A stretch of 64,000 nucleotides of DNA from Bacteriovoracaceae bacterium (GTDB lineage: Bacteria; Bdellovibrionota; Bacteriovoracia; Bacteriovoracales; Bacteriovoracaceae), in assembly GCA_041586955.1 (NCBI GenBank), contig JBFGZE010000006.1, forward strand, positions 16,744 to 80,743. Reading direction: 5' to 3'. The position numbers and the translations under genes are program-made. Shown piece by piece: positions 49,382 to 59,575 of this stretch. The notes beneath the pieces were generated by a model that had not been told where the DNA came from, did no database searches, and saw nothing but the letters and a program-made list of their open reading frames with translations. The stretch's first letter is position 1. The number at the start of each line of letters is the position of its first letter.

Positions 49382-50458
49382 TTACCTCATCTTTAAAGTT
49401 GCAATCGAACACAACGCAAGAAATATACTTATAATCCAAAAGCGAACAATCACTTTCGGCTCTGGCCAACCCAATAATTCAAAATGATGATGAATTGGCG
49501 CCATTTTAAAAATTCTTTTTTTACGTAATTTATAGGAACCCACCTGTAAAATGACGGAAAGGGCTTCCACTACGAAAACACCACCGATAAGCAAAAATAA
49601 TAATTCATTTTTACTCACAACAGCGATTACACCTAGCGCTCCTCCTAGAGATAATGAACCTACATCACCCATAAAAATTTGCGCCGGATAAGAGTTATAC
49701 CATAAAAAGCCTACCCCTGCCCCTATAATGGCAGAAGAAAGTACGGTCAATTCACCAATATTTTCGATATAGGGAATGTAAAGATAGGAAGCAAGCTCTT
49801 TATGCCCTGCTACATATGCCAAGAGACCAAGGCTAGCAGCAGAGGTGATAATGGGGCCGATGGCCAAACCATCCAGACCATCTGTTAAGTTGACGGCATT
49901 ACTAGAGCCGACAATGACAAAGCTTGCAAATATAATATAAAAATAACCGAGATCGATCACTGCCTCTTTAAAAAAGGGAGTGTAGATCTGAGTATCAATC
50001 ACGTCAAAATGCACAAGTGCGCCGGTTGCAATTAAGGCCGTCGCAAACTGCCAAAACAATTTTCCTTTAGCGCTGACCCCTTTCGAGTTCTTTTTTAAAA
50101 CCTTAAAATAATCATCAAGGAAACCTAATATAAAATAGCTCATCGTCACTAAGGCGGTAACAACGACCGGTATGGATTCAAAGTTTCCACAAACAGCAAC
50201 AGAGAGGCCAATTGCACCGAGCATAAAAACGCCACCCATAGTTGGCGTCCCGGCCTTTTTTAAATGTGACTCAGGGCCATCGTCCCGCACCACCTGGCCA
50301 AATTGTTTTCGCTTCATGAATTTTATAAATAACGCACCCCAGATAATGGAGGCGATAGTAGCGACCAAAAAGGCCATAATAGACCGAAAGGTAATATAAC
50401 GAAATATATTAAATACTGAGATCTTTGAGCTCAATGAATAGAGCAGGTGATATAGCAT
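49382..50458 (-). CDS. mraY: phospho-N-acetylmuramoyl-pentapeptide transferase
   Basis: KAGTPTMGG, GFLDD, NAVNLTDGLDGL, FMGDVGSL, APIHHHFE. Confidence 0.99.
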   Translation of the reverse strand: MLYHLLYSLSSKISVFNIFRYITFRSIMAFLVATIASIIWGALFIKFMKRKQFGQVVRDDGPESHLKKAGTPTMGGVFMLGAIGLSVAVCGNFESIPVVVTALVTMSYFILGFLDDYFKVLKKNSKGVSAKGKLFWQFATALIATGALVHFDVIDTQIYTPFFKEAVIDLGYFYIIFASFVIVGSSNAVNLTDGLDGLAIGPIITSAASLGLLAYVAGHKELASYLYIPYIENIGELTVLSSAIIGAGVGFLWYNSYPAQIFMGDVGSLSLGGALGVIAVVSKNELLFLLIGGVFVVEALSVILQVGSYKLRKKRIFKMAPIHHHFELLGWPEPKVIVRFWIISIFLALCSIATLKMR

Positions 50459-50485
50459 ATTGGTAAAAACCTTAATAAGATTATG

Positions 50486-51874
50486 CTATTTTATATCTAG
50501 GATTGACTCTAAATGTAAAGAACGACTCGCTTTTAGGAAGAAATAATCAAATTTTTCTTGAATACCGTCCCATTCTTTCTTGAGCTCATCAGTTGATGAA
50601 AGTATTTTTAAGGCCGGCCCAAAGCCCTTGGCGTAGTCCTTAGCATATCTTCCTACAAAAATGACCTCTCCTGCACCGCGTGTCAATAAATAATGACCAA
50701 TATCCCGATGCAGCTGAGAAGAGCTTTCACCCAATTCATTCATATCCCCTAAGATAAATAGAAATTGCTCTATCGCAATATTTTTCGCAGCAATATAATC
50801 AAACATGGAGTCAATCGCCGCTCTCATTGATGAGGGATTGGCATTATAGGCATCAAGAAAGACAAGCTTCCCATTCCTTTCCAACCACGTGCTGCGATTA
50901 TTTTCTAATAACTTGATCTGGGCAAGGTTGGCACAGGCCTGCTCACTTAATTCAGGTAATAATTTGATCACTAAGGTTAAGGCCATGAGGCAATCTTTTT
51001 TATTGTGAACCCCAAAAATATGCGCAATATCAATATTCCAATTCTTTTTATTGAAAGAAAGTGATTTAAATTCTTTCTCAAAGGAATATACCTGTTCACC
51101 CTGGAAAACCTCTGAAATACCAAAAACCTGTGGGTCATTAAGGTATTGATCAAGTGGAGGACAGTCAAAATCGGTAATGAGGAATCCTGAGGCGCTTTCC
51201 TTTTTGATCCAATCCAATAAACACGATTTCTCTTTCAGGACACCCTCTTTATCTTTGAAATTTTCGAGATGGGCCTCTCCAATACTGGTGATAATGCCAT
51301 AGTCGGGTTGAGCAATAGACGCGAGAATTTCAATTTCTCCAAAATAATTCGTACCCATTTCTGAAATTAAATACTGGGTATCGTTGGGCATATCCAATAT
51401 GGTTTTAGGTAATCCAATTTGATTATTGAAATTTCCCGCATTGGTGTAAACTCGACCTACTTTTAATGACGACAATAATTGAAATAATAATTCCTTAGTT
51501 GTTGTTTTACCGTTAGAGCCTGTAATACCTATCACTTTAAGGCCGGCTTCTTTTAGTTTTTTAATTTTGAGGCGGGCCAAGTCTTGATAAAAGCTCATGG
51601 TATTTTCCACTAAAACAAAAGTCACATCCTTGCCCAGGTCGGATTGATTTTGACAATAGAAAGCTTCGTGGCAAACAATGACTTTCACACCATTTTTAAT
51701 AGTCCCCTTAATAAATTGATGGCCATCAAATGATTCACCAACCAATGGTATAAAAATATCTTGGGCAGCAATGGTCCGACTGTCTGTACTTATATCCGCT
51801 TCGGAAAAAGAAGCCTTATTAATAATTTTAATTATTAGTTTTGACGAATAGAATAGGTCGTTATCAATCATCAA
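50486..51874 (-). CDS. murF: UDP-MurNAc-tripeptide--D-Ala-D-Ala ligase
   Basis: STDSR, FDGH, GITGSNGKTTTKE, NFNNQIGLP, DAYNANPSSM, LGDMNELG. Confidence 0.97.
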   Translation of the reverse strand: MMIDNDLFYSSKLIIKIINKASFSEADISTDSRTIAAQDIFIPLVGESFDGHQFIKGTIKNGVKVIVCHEAFYCQNQSDLGKDVTFVLVENTMSFYQDLARLKIKKLKEAGLKVIGITGSNGKTTTKELLFQLLSSLKVGRVYTNAGNFNNQIGLPKTILDMPNDTQYLISEMGTNYFGEIEILASIAQPDYGIITSIGEAHLENFKDKEGVLKEKSCLLDWIKKESASGFLITDFDCPPLDQYLNDPQVFGISEVFQGEQVYSFEKEFKSLSFNKKNWNIDIAHIFGVHNKKDCLMALTLVIKLLPELSEQACANLAQIKLLENNRSTWLERNGKLVFLDAYNANPSSMRAAIDSMFDYIAAKNIAIEQFLFILGDMNELGESSSQLHRDIGHYLLTRGAGEVIFVGRYAKDYAKGFGPALKILSSTDELKKEWDGIQEKFDYFFLKASRSLHLESILDIK

Positions 51875-53228
51875 TACCTCGCCAGTAATTTTCCACTATC
51901 TCAATATCACTAAAAGGATACTTGATCCCATTTATTTCCTGGTAATCTTCATGACCTTTACCAGCAATAATGAGAATACTTGCATCACTCAATTTTTCGA
52001 GCCCTAGTTTAATGGCCTTTTCTCTACTGGGCACGATCTTATAATTTGCACCCTCTATCCCCGCTATTATTTGATCTAGTATTTTCTGGGGTTCCTCTGT
52101 ACGCGGATTGTCATTGGTAATGATAAGATAATTACCATATTCATGGGCAATTTTACCCATTATTGGCCGCTTTAAATTATCCCGATCTCCGCCACAACCA
52201 AAAACTAAAATAATCTCTCGCTTAGGATAAATATTTTTTACGTTTTTCAACAAGCACTCAAGGGCATCAGGAGTATGGGCATAATCGACCATAACTTTGT
52301 GATTATTATTCTCTAAAAGTGTCATCCGTCCAAGGGGCGCTTTAATACTCTTAAAATCTAATTGTTCAATGCCCGGCAAAAGATTAACGATCATATTTGT
52401 GGCAAGAATGAGGTTTTCTCGCATAAACCCACATTCAAAGATGGAAGGAACTTCAATGTTATCTAAAAGACTTCCATCGGCAACTTCGTAGCTGGTCACT
52501 TCCTTTTTAATTTCGTGAAGAAGATTACTATGATTATTAATCATCAAAGGTCTATTCTTAAGTAAGCGAGCTATCTTCAACTTGGCCTGAAAGTAATTCT
52601 CCATCGTTCCATGAAAGTCGAGATGGTCTTGGGTGAAATTAGTCCAACCGGCGTAGTCCAATTTAATACCGAAGAGGCGATCTTGCTCAAGAGCATGACT
52701 ACTCACTTCAAAAACATAAAACTGATAGTCATTTTGAAACTGATGCACAAATCTATGAAATTCAATAATATCTGGTGTGGTAAGCGAGAATGAGCCCCAA
52801 CTTTTTCCATCCGAGGAAAAAACACCCATCGTTCCCATTGAAATGGTTTTTAATTGCGCCAACCCGAGAATCTGTCTTACCAGATCTACCGTACTGGATT
52901 TGCCATTTGTCCCTGTAATGCCAATATATTTATTAGTTGATTTTAATGGGTAAAGCTGCTCGGCAATACTTTTTTTAAGTTCCTTAAAGTCACCACGATA
53001 AGAAATAATACGCTCATCATGACATCCATCTATTTCCTTATTAACAATTATATAAGAAGGGTTCGCCTGCTTTAAGCGTTTATGAAATAAGTTTATTGAT
53101 TCTGGAGTGGTTAAGTTATAGAGGACAACGTCTTCTTTCTTTGCCTGTTGCAAATTCGTCGTGATCCCTAGGGCCGGATTTTCAGAAAATAGCTTTAATA
53201 TCTCATCTCGATCAAATATTTTTTTCAT
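51864..53228 (-). CDS. murE: UDP-MurNAc-dipeptide--meso-DAP ligase
   Basis: GITGTNGKSS, EVSSHAL, DHLDFH, DYAHTPDAL, FGCGGDRD, DNPR (mDAP specificity), AGKGHE. Confidence 0.97.
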   Translation of the reverse strand: MKKIFDRDEILKLFSENPALGITTNLQQAKKEDVVLYNLTTPESINLFHKRLKQANPSYIIVNKEIDGCHDERIISYRGDFKELKKSIAEQLYPLKSTNKYIGITGTNGKSSTVDLVRQILGLAQLKTISMGTMGVFSSDGKSWGSFSLTTPDIIEFHRFVHQFQNDYQFYVFEVSSHALEQDRLFGIKLDYAGWTNFTQDHLDFHGTMENYFQAKLKIARLLKNRPLMINNHSNLLHEIKKEVTSYEVADGSLLDNIEVPSIFECGFMRENLILATNMIVNLLPGIEQLDFKSIKAPLGRMTLLENNNHKVMVDYAHTPDALECLLKNVKNIYPKREIILVFGCGGDRDNLKRPIMGKIAHEYGNYLIITNDNPRTEEPQKILDQIIAGIEGANYKIVPSREKAIKLGLEKLSDASILIIAGKGHEDYQEINGIKYPFSDIEIVENYWRGIDD

Positions 53229-55141
53229 AACTGTGGAGGGCTATAAATTAGTGTAACTTTATTACCTTCTTTAATGACGTTACCAGCGGCTGGAAGTTGC
53301 CGACTAACGACACCAATTCCCTTATGGACAAGGTCAACTCCTATATTCTTGGCCAATTTTCGCGCAGAGCGCCGATCCAATCCGATAAAGTTAGGAACGA
53401 GGCCCTCACCTGAACGGCGCCAACTACTGCTTCTTTTTTTTATCGAATCAAATTGGTTGCCTATATTCTTATTTTCATCGTCAAACTTTGCCAATTTGAA
53501 ATCTTTATTTTTATAAAGAATATATTGAGAAACCTTTTTAAAAACTGGGCCTGCTACAGTATTACCATAATAAGAACCTTTAGTCGGATTATCGATATAA
53601 ACATAAGCAACAAAACGCTTAGAAGCATTCACCGGGAATCCAATAAACCCCGAAATATAGCCTTCATAACCGCCGTTTTTCCGAACTCTTTGCGCTGTGC
53701 TAGTCTTCCCGGCAATTTCAAAATAAGGAATTTTTCCTTTGGTACCTGTTCCATTTTCAACCGTGTCAATTAACATTCGTTGAATTTTCTTGGCCGTTTT
53801 TTGTGATAGTACCTTAACTGGCTCCCTCTCTTTATTCCCATTTTTTAATATTGTTGGTGTGAGGTAAAGTCCATCATTTGCAATAATTTGATAGGCCGAA
53901 AGCATTTGCAGACCTGTTGTCGCCACACCTTGACCGAAGCTAATATTACTAAGGCTAAGTGGTGAGACATTTTCTGAATAATTAAAAATTCCTCGCGATT
54001 CTCCAGGAAGTTCAATCCCAGCTTTTTTCCCAAAACCAAACTCTGTTAATGTTGCTTTTAATTTGGGATAAGTGAGATTGAAAGCAATCTTAGTCGTACC
54101 GATATTAGAGCTATATTTTAAAATTTCTGCCACCGATAGCCATTCATATTTCTTCTTGGACTCGGCCTCCCTAATAATATGATCTTCAACCTTTAACTTT
54201 CCTTGCTCACAATAATAATTGGTATCAGGGGTTGCAATGCCATTTTCCAGGGCCGATGCAATGGTAAAAGTTTTAAATGTTGAACCCGGTTCAAAAGGGT
54301 CTGAAATAAACGATAATTTTCTATGAGACTGACCGTATTTATTATATTGATTGGGATCAAAAGTAGGGTAGTTGGCCATCGCTAAAATTTCGCCTGTTTT
54401 AACATCAATAATGCCAATTCCGCCTTTATCTGCTTGTGAATTGATTACGGCTTCCTTGAGGGCCTTTTCTGCAAATGCCTGAAGATCTTTATCAAATGAC
54501 AAAACGACCTCATGGCCATCATCTCTTTTAAAAGTCGTTTCAAACTTAACCGGTCGCCCTTTGGCGTCCTTTATATATTTTAAAATTTTAGGCTTTCCTC
54601 GTAATTCTTCATCAAAAAAATATTCCACTCCAGAAAGGCCGACATTATCAATCCCTACAAAGCCCAGAGTTTGCCCTAATAACTCATGATTTGGATATAG
54701 CCTCTTAGGTACAGATTCGATATGTATGCCGCGGGCCTTCATCGCCCTAATTGCCAAGACTTGTTTTTCATTAAGCGTTACCTTGCGCGCCAACCAAGTA
54801 AACCGTGTTCGTTTCCCTAAACGCCTGATTAAATCAGCATAATTTAAATTAGGAATCATACTGGCCAATTGTTTAAGATCGGCCTTAACCGCCGCGAGAT
54901 TCTTAGGGATAGCGAAAATACTATAAGTTTGGATATTAATAGCGAGTGGGTTACCGTTACGATCAAGAATTGATCCACGCTTTGGATAAATTTTTCTTTC
55001 TCTTAGAATTTGGTCTTGTGAGCGTGCGATCAAATCTTTTCGATCCACAACCTGTAACTTAAAGGCCTTAATTAGCACCATCGAAAAAGCGATAACAAAG
55101 CCTATGGAAATAATTTTCAGTTTTCTTCTATTTTCATCCAT
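53225..55141 (-). CDS. ftsI: class B PBP FtsI with C-terminal PASTA domain
   Basis: RGSILDRNG, EPGSTFK (SxxK), SSN, AGKTS, PASTA VPNFIG...RQLPAAG. Confidence 0.95.
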   Translation of the reverse strand: MDENRRKLKIISIGFVIAFSMVLIKAFKLQVVDRKDLIARSQDQILRERKIYPKRGSILDRNGNPLAINIQTYSIFAIPKNLAAVKADLKQLASMIPNLNYADLIRRLGKRTRFTWLARKVTLNEKQVLAIRAMKARGIHIESVPKRLYPNHELLGQTLGFVGIDNVGLSGVEYFFDEELRGKPKILKYIKDAKGRPVKFETTFKRDDGHEVVLSFDKDLQAFAEKALKEAVINSQADKGGIGIIDVKTGEILAMANYPTFDPNQYNKYGQSHRKLSFISDPFEPGSTFKTFTIASALENGIATPDTNYYCEQGKLKVEDHIIREAESKKKYEWLSVAEILKYSSNIGTTKIAFNLTYPKLKATLTEFGFGKKAGIELPGESRGIFNYSENVSPLSLSNISFGQGVATTGLQMLSAYQIIANDGLYLTPTILKNGNKEREPVKVLSQKTAKKIQRMLIDTVENGTGTKGKIPYFEIAGKTSTAQRVRKNGGYEGYISGFIGFPVNASKRFVAYVYIDNPTKGSYYGNTVAGPVFKKVSQYILYKNKDFKLAKFDDENKNIGNQFDSIKKRSSSWRRSGEGLVPNFIGLDRRSARKLAKNIGVDLVHKGIGVVSRQLPAAGNVIKEGNKVTLIYSPPQL

Positions 55142-55471
55142 CTACGGGATCACAATCATTTGTTTCTGTTTAGGTTGTTTAAGGCCATGCTTTTTGGCCA
55201 TTTTTCGAAGACTCTTAATAGACAAGCTTCTTGCCCTTTGTGCCTTTAATTCCTTATTTTCTATTAGAACAGTTTCTATCTTTTTTTGTATGCCATTAAT
55301 TTTATAGTCTAATTCTACGCCTTTCATTCTAAACAAGACAAATAATATTGAAATAACAAGGAAGCTTAAAAACAATGGAAAGATATTGGCCGAGAGAATA
55401 AAGGTTTTGAATTTATCTTTAAAGTCAGACTTTTTTGTAGTCTTGCGAATTCTTTTTGCTGCGACGGCCAT
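55142..55471 (-). CDS. ftsL: FtsL-like cell division protein
   Basis: Basic N-terminus, one TM, coiled coil; lies between rsmH and ftsI. Confidence 0.75.
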   Translation of the reverse strand: MAVAAKRIRKTTKKSDFKDKFKTFILSANIFPLFLSFLVISILFVLFRMKGVELDYKINGIQKKIETVLIENKELKAQRARSLSIKSLRKMAKKHGLKQPKQKQMIVIP

Positions 55472-56432
55472 TTTCCCTCCCTGGATGTGGCGTGGTCATT
55501 GATTTCCTTATCACTCTTAGTTTAGCACTTCTTGACCTTTTATTCTCAGAAATTTCTTCATCTGTGGGGATAATTGGTTTTTTTGTTAAAATTTCCAAAC
55601 CAAATTCTTTTTTTAAGGATTTAAAACTGTGTTTCACGATTCGGTCTTCGAGAGAATGAAAGCTTATGACACACAGCACCCCTCCCGGTGCAAGCATATT
55701 AGTGAGAAGAGGTAATACCTTTTCTAAAACTTCTAACTCTCTATTGACAAAAATGCGCAAGGCCTGAAAGGTTTTCGTTGCCGGATGGGTTTTCCCAAAG
55801 CGCAATTTTTTAGGATAAGCGTGGAATATAATGTCCTCTAAATCTTTGGTCGTACGAATCGGCCCTTTAGTACGTGTTTCACAAATTCTTTCCGCGATTT
55901 GGCGAGAAAATCGCTCCTCACCATAATCTCGAATGATCTCTTCTAGGTCCTCATAAGAATAATTATTTACAACATCAGCAGCACTGGCCTTATTATCATC
56001 TGCATAATCCATGCGCATATCGAGAGGGGCTTCATTTCTAAAGCTAAAGCCTCTTTCAACAGCATCAAATTGATGGGAAGAAACACCCAAGTCCATTAAA
56101 ATCCCATCCATTTGTACCGAAGGCGATCTCTCTTGGACCTTTTCCCAAAATTTTACGACTTCTGTCGGAAAGTTTTCAAAATTACACTTGATCAAACATA
56201 GACGGTCATCCAATTGAGCTTCTGTGATATTTTTACGGCCATTAGCAATGGCATCGGGATCCTGATCGCAGGAAAATAAAAACGAGTTCTCGATTTCATT
56301 AACAATTGCAAAACTATGACCACCTGCACCAAACGTCAGGTCCGCAAATATCCGCCCCTTGCCCTCTGAACTCGCAAGATAACTAAGACATTCATTTTTT
56401 AGCACGGAATAATGTGCGCCATACTGCTTCAC
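55425..56432 (-). CDS. rsmH: 16S rRNA m4C1402 methyltransferase
   Basis: DLTFGAGGHS, DLGVSSHQ, PLDMRM, FQALRIFVN, ISFHSLEDR, RSRSAKLR. Confidence 0.98.
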   Translation of the reverse strand: MKQYGAHYSVLKNECLSYLASSEGKGRIFADLTFGAGGHSFAIVNEIENSFLFSCDQDPDAIANGRKNITEAQLDDRLCLIKCNFENFPTEVVKFWEKVQERSPSVQMDGILMDLGVSSHQFDAVERGFSFRNEAPLDMRMDYADDNKASAADVVNNYSYEDLEEIIRDYGEERFSRQIAERICETRTKGPIRTTKDLEDIIFHAYPKKLRFGKTHPATKTFQALRIFVNRELEVLEKVLPLLTNMLAPGGVLCVISFHSLEDRIVKHSFKSLKKEFGLEILTKKPIIPTDEEISENKRSRSAKLRVIRKSMTTPHPGRENGRRSKKNSQDYKKV

Positions 56433-56443
56433 AATAATTTAAC

Positions 56444-57283
56444 CTATTTTAAAAGTAATTCGACCAATTGCCTTTTCTCATCTGAAAGAGAATCAAGTGG
56501 CGTTAAAATCCCAAGACTATTTCCTGTATCCACATCAAACTTCTGGGCATGGGTTAATGGGATTAGCTTTTGCACCAATTGATGAGCTGCATGGCCATTA
56601 TCGCTCATCACTTTCAAAATTTCCTCAACATTGCAATGCTCATCCTTCCAGCAATCATAATCTGTAACCATGGCAATCGTTGCGTAGGCGATACCTGCTT
56701 CTTTCGCCAAAAAGGCTTCCGGAACATTGGTCATTCCAATAACATCAGCACCAAAATTCCGATAAATTGCAGATTCCGCCTTAGTACTAAATTGAGGACC
56801 CTCAATACAAACATAAGTTCCACCAGTGGAATGTGTGATGCCGGCCTCTTGACAGGCCAATCTGGCAATATTTTGTAATTGATGATCGATTGGTTCCGCC
56901 ACACTTACATGAGCAATCACACCATCGCCAAAAAATGTTCTGGCCCTTTGGCCTTTAGTCCAATCAATAAACTGACTTGGTAAAACAAATTTTCTGGGGT
57001 TATGTTCTTCTTTTAATGAACCAACGGCGGAAACTGAGAAAAGGTATTTAACGCCAAGCGTTTTCAATGCATAAATATTGGCACGATAATTAACTTCATG
57101 CGGCAATTTAGTATGGCCCTTTCCATGTCTCGCCAAAAAAAAGAAAGACTGTCCATTAAGCTCGCATTCTATGACTTCCGCGCTAGGAGCACCAAAAGGT
57201 GTTTCAATGACATGCTCCTGAACTCTTTTAACACCATTTATATTATAAAGACCACTTCCGCCAATTAAAGCAATTTCACCCAC
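56444..57283 (-). CDS. mtnP: S-methyl-5'-thioadenosine phosphorylase
   Basis: IGGSGLY, LARHG, NYRANI, AVGSL, EGPQFSTKAES, GMTNVPEA, TDYDCW. Confidence 0.93.
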   Translation of the reverse strand: MGEIALIGGSGLYNINGVKRVQEHVIETPFGAPSAEVIECELNGQSFFFLARHGKGHTKLPHEVNYRANIYALKTLGVKYLFSVSAVGSLKEEHNPRKFVLPSQFIDWTKGQRARTFFGDGVIAHVSVAEPIDHQLQNIARLACQEAGITHSTGGTYVCIEGPQFSTKAESAIYRNFGADVIGMTNVPEAFLAKEAGIAYATIAMVTDYDCWKDEHCNVEEILKVMSDNGHAAHQLVQKLIPLTHAQKFDVDTGNSLGILTPLDSLSDEKRQLVELLLK

Positions 57284-57381
57284 TTCTTTCTCCTTTTGGA
57301 CTCAAACGATCAAGGAAATATCATAAAAAACAACGTGGTGCAATGTGTTTATTCCTGTCTATGGGTGCTAGGATAAACGTC

Positions 57382-58533
57382 ATGAATCTGAATCGCAAAA
57401 AGGCCATTAAGCTATTTGGCCAGGCCTTACAACATTCTACTGATGATATGCGCGACGCCGCTAATGAACTAATCAAAAACCCAAGTCTTAATGAGGCCCT
57501 CCATTTAGGTAAAATAGGATTCAACTCATCTGTCTGGGTGTCCCAAACATTTGCAAAGCTATTTTATTCTCCCAATATTGAAATACCATCAGCTCCTCGG
57601 TCCAATAGCATGGAAACCCAGCTTGTCATCGATGCTCTTAATTCTGACAAGAGTATCGACCCCATGAAGGCCTCTCATTCCGATATCTTTAAAATAATTT
57701 TTGAAGAATTTGAAAAAGAACAATTTCTCGATAACTATAAAACAACTCTTAAGGTTCCGCCCATCAATGGCCGCATCCTTTTAATTTCTGGGATTTTCAA
57801 CGAAGTTTTTTCTAAAGCCGCCTTTGAAAGGGCCGCTCAATTTCTTAATAAGCATTATCAAATTCCCTATAGCGTAATTAAAACCCATGGTGCTCAGTCA
57901 TGTGACCATAATTGTGAAATGATTCACCGCCAAATCCAAGAATTGATCCAAGAAAACCCCACTGAAAAGCTTTGGATTATTGCTTTTTCTAAAGGTGGTC
58001 TTGATGCTCTCCATTATTTAAGTCAATACCAGGAATTCGCAGATCATATTATCGGGCTATCCACGATTGCAACGCCCATTCTTGGTTCAAATCACACCAA
58101 TAGTACTTGGATTCAAAACCTTGATAGGTTCTCTGAGTATGTTAAAAATTCCCCTTTTAAACATCAACGTAATGTCGTCAAAGTCCTTAAAAAGTTGAAA
58201 GACTCCCTCTGCTCCAATCAATTAGAAACTTGGTTTCAGGAAAATTACCCCAACTTGCCTCCAAATATTTTCTATAGTGCCTTGGCACTTGAAAGTAGCT
58301 GGTACGAAAGTCATGCCTGGATGGTGCTCACAAAATTAATTTTTCCAACGGAAAGTATCAATGATGGTATTGTGGAAGCCGATCGCGCTCTCTACCCTGA
58401 GTATTTTAACTCGATAAATTTGGGAATCTTAAAAGGGCATCATTTAATTGGAAATCGCTCAAGCACCTTCCCACAGGAGGCCTTGCTTTTGGCCCATATT
58501 TATTTCTTAAAATATATTGGTTCGCTAGATTAA
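57382..58533 (+). CDS. alpha/beta hydrolase (lipase/esterase-like) with a helical N-terminus
   Basis: Nucleophile elbow AFSKGG, ATPILGS, NDGIV, GHH. Confidence 0.75.
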   Translation: MNLNRKKAIKLFGQALQHSTDDMRDAANELIKNPSLNEALHLGKIGFNSSVWVSQTFAKLFYSPNIEIPSAPRSNSMETQLVIDALNSDKSIDPMKASHSDIFKIIFEEFEKEQFLDNYKTTLKVPPINGRILLISGIFNEVFSKAAFERAAQFLNKHYQIPYSVIKTHGAQSCDHNCEMIHRQIQELIQENPTEKLWIIAFSKGGLDALHYLSQYQEFADHIIGLSTIATPILGSNHTNSTWIQNLDRFSEYVKNSPFKHQRNVVKVLKKLKDSLCSNQLETWFQENYPNLPPNIFYSALALESSWYESHAWMVLTKLIFPTESINDGIVEADRALYPEYFNSINLGILKGHHLIGNRSSTFPQEALLLAHIYFLKYIGSLD

Positions 58534-59117
58534 AGACCTGATTTTAAATTCATTAAAACTAATTTACTCATCATTTTGAGAGTCTCGAAAACTCCTTCGC
58601 CGGTAATAGCGCGAGAAGAAAAGGTCGGGCTATCATATTTATTGAGACGCCTCTCTAATTCTTCCTCAGGACAAGTGTTAGGAAGATCCCTTTTGTTCCA
58701 TTGAAGAACCAATGGAATATTCTCAATATCATAACCTTGTTCAGTTAAATTATTTTCTAAACTTTTAAAGCTCTCAATATTGGCCTCCATCTTTTCCACC
58801 TGGGAATCGGCGACAAAGATAATGCCATCGACACCGCGAAGAATCAGTTTACGACTGGCCTCATAAAAGACCTGACCTGGAACTGTATAAAGGTGAAAGC
58901 GAGTTCTAAAGCCTCTAATTTCACCTAAGTCAAGAGGAAGAAAATCAAAGAATAATGTTCTTTCATTATCTGTATTGAGAGTCACAATATCAGATTTGGA
59001 ATCACCACTCGTTTTTTGATAAACATATTGTATATTTGTCGTTTTTCCACCAAGGCCTGGGCCGTAATAAACAATTTTACAATTGATCTCTTTTTTTTGG
59101 TGATTAATGAAAGACAT
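58530..59117 (-). CDS. mglA: MglA Ras-like GTPase
   Basis: KIVYYGPGLGGKTTN, ERTLFFDFLP, YTVPGQVFY, NKRD. Confidence 0.97.
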   Translation of the reverse strand: MSFINHQKKEINCKIVYYGPGLGGKTTNIQYVYQKTSGDSKSDIVTLNTDNERTLFFDFLPLDLGEIRGFRTRFHLYTVPGQVFYEASRKLILRGVDGIIFVADSQVEKMEANIESFKSLENNLTEQGYDIENIPLVLQWNKRDLPNTCPEEELERRLNKYDSPTFSSRAITGEGVFETLKMMSKLVLMNLKSGL

Positions 59118-59127
59118 ATTTTATACC

Positions 59128-59568
59128 TCAAAAGGAAAATAGGGTGTCTATTTCCTCGTCTGTTATATTTTCAAACAGTACTTTGTTATCGTTAATATCT
59201 TCGGCCAAAACCGTAAGGTGAGTCCGCAATTCATCACGGAAAAGCCTAAATTGATTCTTAAGTTGTCCCGGATTCATTATATTTTCAAATATCATCACGG
59301 AGTAGAAATTAAGTTCTTCATCTAGGGGCAATATATAGACCCCTGATTCCGTACTATCAAATGACAGTCGCATCTCTCTATTTTGATTTGATTCAAGTAC
59401 AGCTTCGATAGCTTGCCAAGCTCCTGCAACAAGAGCTCCCCGGCCATCACTATTGTCAATATTGTGCGTCATTAATGGAATGCCATCTTTGCGACATACA
59501 AGAATATGCTGAGTACTCAATTTAAATTGATCGATCAATGGTTTAAAATTGTCTTTTAAAGAATCCAT
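59128..59568 (-). CDS. mglB: MglB roadblock-domain GAP (divergent)
   Basis: LVCRKDG..., GALVAG, NPGQLK, C-terminal LFENITDEEIDTLF; directly upstream of mglA. Confidence 0.8.
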   Translation of the reverse strand: MDSLKDNFKPLIDQFKLSTQHILVCRKDGIPLMTHNIDNSDGRGALVAGAWQAIEAVLESNQNREMRLSFDSTESGVYILPLDEELNFYSVMIFENIMNPGQLKNQFRLFRDELRTHLTVLAEDINDNKVLFENITDEEIDTLFSF

Positions 59569-59575
59569 TTATTCC

